A DNA stretch of 64,000 nt from assembly GCA_028534125.1 (NCBI GenBank), contig CM052818.1, forward strand, positions 37,388,001-37,452,000. The letters are read 5' to 3'. The notes beneath the pieces were generated by a model. That model was not told where the DNA came from. It saw nothing but the letters and a program-made list of their open reading frames with translations, and ran no database searches. How positions within the stretch are numbered: the stretch's first letter is position 1; each line of letters begins with the position of its first letter. Made by a program: the position numbers and the translations under genes. Positions 62,193 through 64,000 of the stretch are shown piece by piece. The stretch is from Lama glama (lineage: Eukaryota).

Positions 62193-64000
62193 GCTGCAGC
62201 CGAATAGCTCTGGACGTGTTTAGGTTCAACAATATTATCTTTTCTTAATTTCACTAACATTTATAAAGGGGGGAAAAAGCATGTCTTTACCTATTCAAGT
62301 ATCAGTTTTGTATTCAATGCATTTGATTTCTCCTTTGAGAAACTAGGACCAAAAATTAATTAAATTTGGAAAATATATAGCTTAACTTTAAATTGTCTTT
62401 TATATTGAGGGAAACAGCCTTGGCAATTAGGTGCTTCAAATGAGCACCAGTAAATACCCATTACTGTATGTCCTGACATAGCTGGACATCGAATAGAACC
62501 TATAGCTCATGGTCTATCTGATTTCCTAATTGGGAGCAGCAACTGCATCTAGTGTTTTGAACCTGAATTAATTAACCAAAACAGATTAAATTGTCTGAGC
62601 TATTCAAGGGACTGACACCAAAGGCAGAAGTAAATGAGGAAAGGACTATTTCACTCATTTTTTAATCACAAAGGTCAGCTTTTTTATGTAGCATATGATT
62701 AGAAAGCCTTCAAAGGTGGAAAGAAACTCTAAAACACACAAATGTTATCTGCTTTTCCTTCAGCCAGCTTGCCTTCTAGTGGTAAAGGCTTCTCCCAGGA
62801 CACACACCTTTGTCTTAAGAACTTCTATCTACCGAATTTGCTCAATCAATGGAGGTTTTTTTTTTTTTGTCTAGACATGAACTGTCTCTTGAGCTTTATC
62901 CCCTCATTATTCCCAAAGCCACCACCAACTCCGGGTCCTTGTAACAAGTCCTGGATTCCTGCACTTGTCTCCACAGTGGCCACACTCTCTACTTCCTCCT
63001 CCTTCCAGCTCAGAGAGGGAAGTAGACCAGACTGACACACTGACAGCATTTCACCTCATTGTCCCTTTGCTCAAGAAAATGCCATAGCTGTCTCATCGCC
63101 TGGTGACCACACTGTAAGCTCCCTCCCTGGCTTCCGGGGCTTGTTGGAAGCTGGGCTCAGAGTGACAGGGTTTGAGCAGGTTTCACAACAGGCTGCTGTG
63201 GACATGCTGTTTTTGCTCAGGTTAGACCAGGGCTTCTGGTCCCTCCTGTCATTTTGGCTCTCTTACTTTTCCCCCATATCCATCCCGTGAAACATACACA
63301 CATGCAGACAGAATGTTCCATTCCTTTGTGTGAAACGACTGTTAATTTTGGAGAGATGAAAGAAGGGACAAGGGAGGGAAACAGGGAAATCATTCCTCCT
63401 TTCCTCCACAGTTTGCTTCTTCTTCATTTGAAACCAACATATTGCCTCTCTGATAAATACCTGAATGAGAGAGTGTCAGCTCCTCACAGATATATATTTG
63501 GGAACTGGAATTTAAAATTATGTCTTCTTCTTCTTCTTTTTTTTTTTTTTTTGGAGAATCAGCTTGAGAAGTGGCCCTTAAAAAAATCTCTCTGGATATT
63601 TTGTAAAGCTTCTATAGATGACATCCATTATGTTCTTCAATACCATTCATATTTTTAAGAACAAACCTGTCAAAATGAATGTTTCCCTTAATTTGTAGCA
63701 AAATCTCTTTTAAAGACATTGTATTTGATTATATATATGAAATCTGCCTTTTGCTTTGATGGCCAGACAACTTAGCTCACATTTGATTCTCATTTTCTGT
63801 AGCTTCTAACCCACGGGTTTTGAAACTATTCTCTCTGAAACCCACCCCATTTCTTTCATTACTCAGCTTTTACTTCATGCCCTCATTTAAACATTTTGCA
63901 TTACGTTTGTACCCTTAGAATCCATCAGAAGCTGCCTTCTTGTAGCGTCTGTGAGGAATCTAAAGGATAAATCCCCACGCTGCCGTTGGTTGGTTGGTTT

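Noticed and set aside
63254..63658. 134-aa plus-strand ORF
   Set aside because: TTG start, crosses a poly-T run, and shows no recognisable homology.

Overview
Mammalian genomic DNA, AT-rich and repeat-dense. A Vic-1-like tRNA-derived SINE and three closely similar L1 3' ends suggest a camelid (inference). The window reads as a long intron or intergenic region, and I cannot recognise a host protein-coding gene. Nearly all ORFs in the track look spurious or are transposon remnants; the only recognisable protein fragments are a decayed Tigger1 transposase and L1 ORFs. Content: a near full-length Tigger1, old and younger L1 fragments, L2, MIR, MaLR/ERVL/ERV1 solo LTRs, MADE2 and MER5-type elements, microsatellites and a 500-N assembly gap. 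I see no evidence for a new biological system. The most notable items are a 25-bp micro-inversion inside a young L1, a SINE copy with an AATAAA/TCTTT second tail inside its target-site duplication, a 46-bp dispersed duplication overlapping a candidate minus-strand non-coding exon, a degenerate 17-bp minisatellite, a long decayed palindrome, several strong orphan splice-site pairs on the + strand, and repeat-free homeodomain-motif-rich blocks that may be enhancers. Repeat family names come from recalled consensus sequences, not from an alignment, and most boundaries are approximate.
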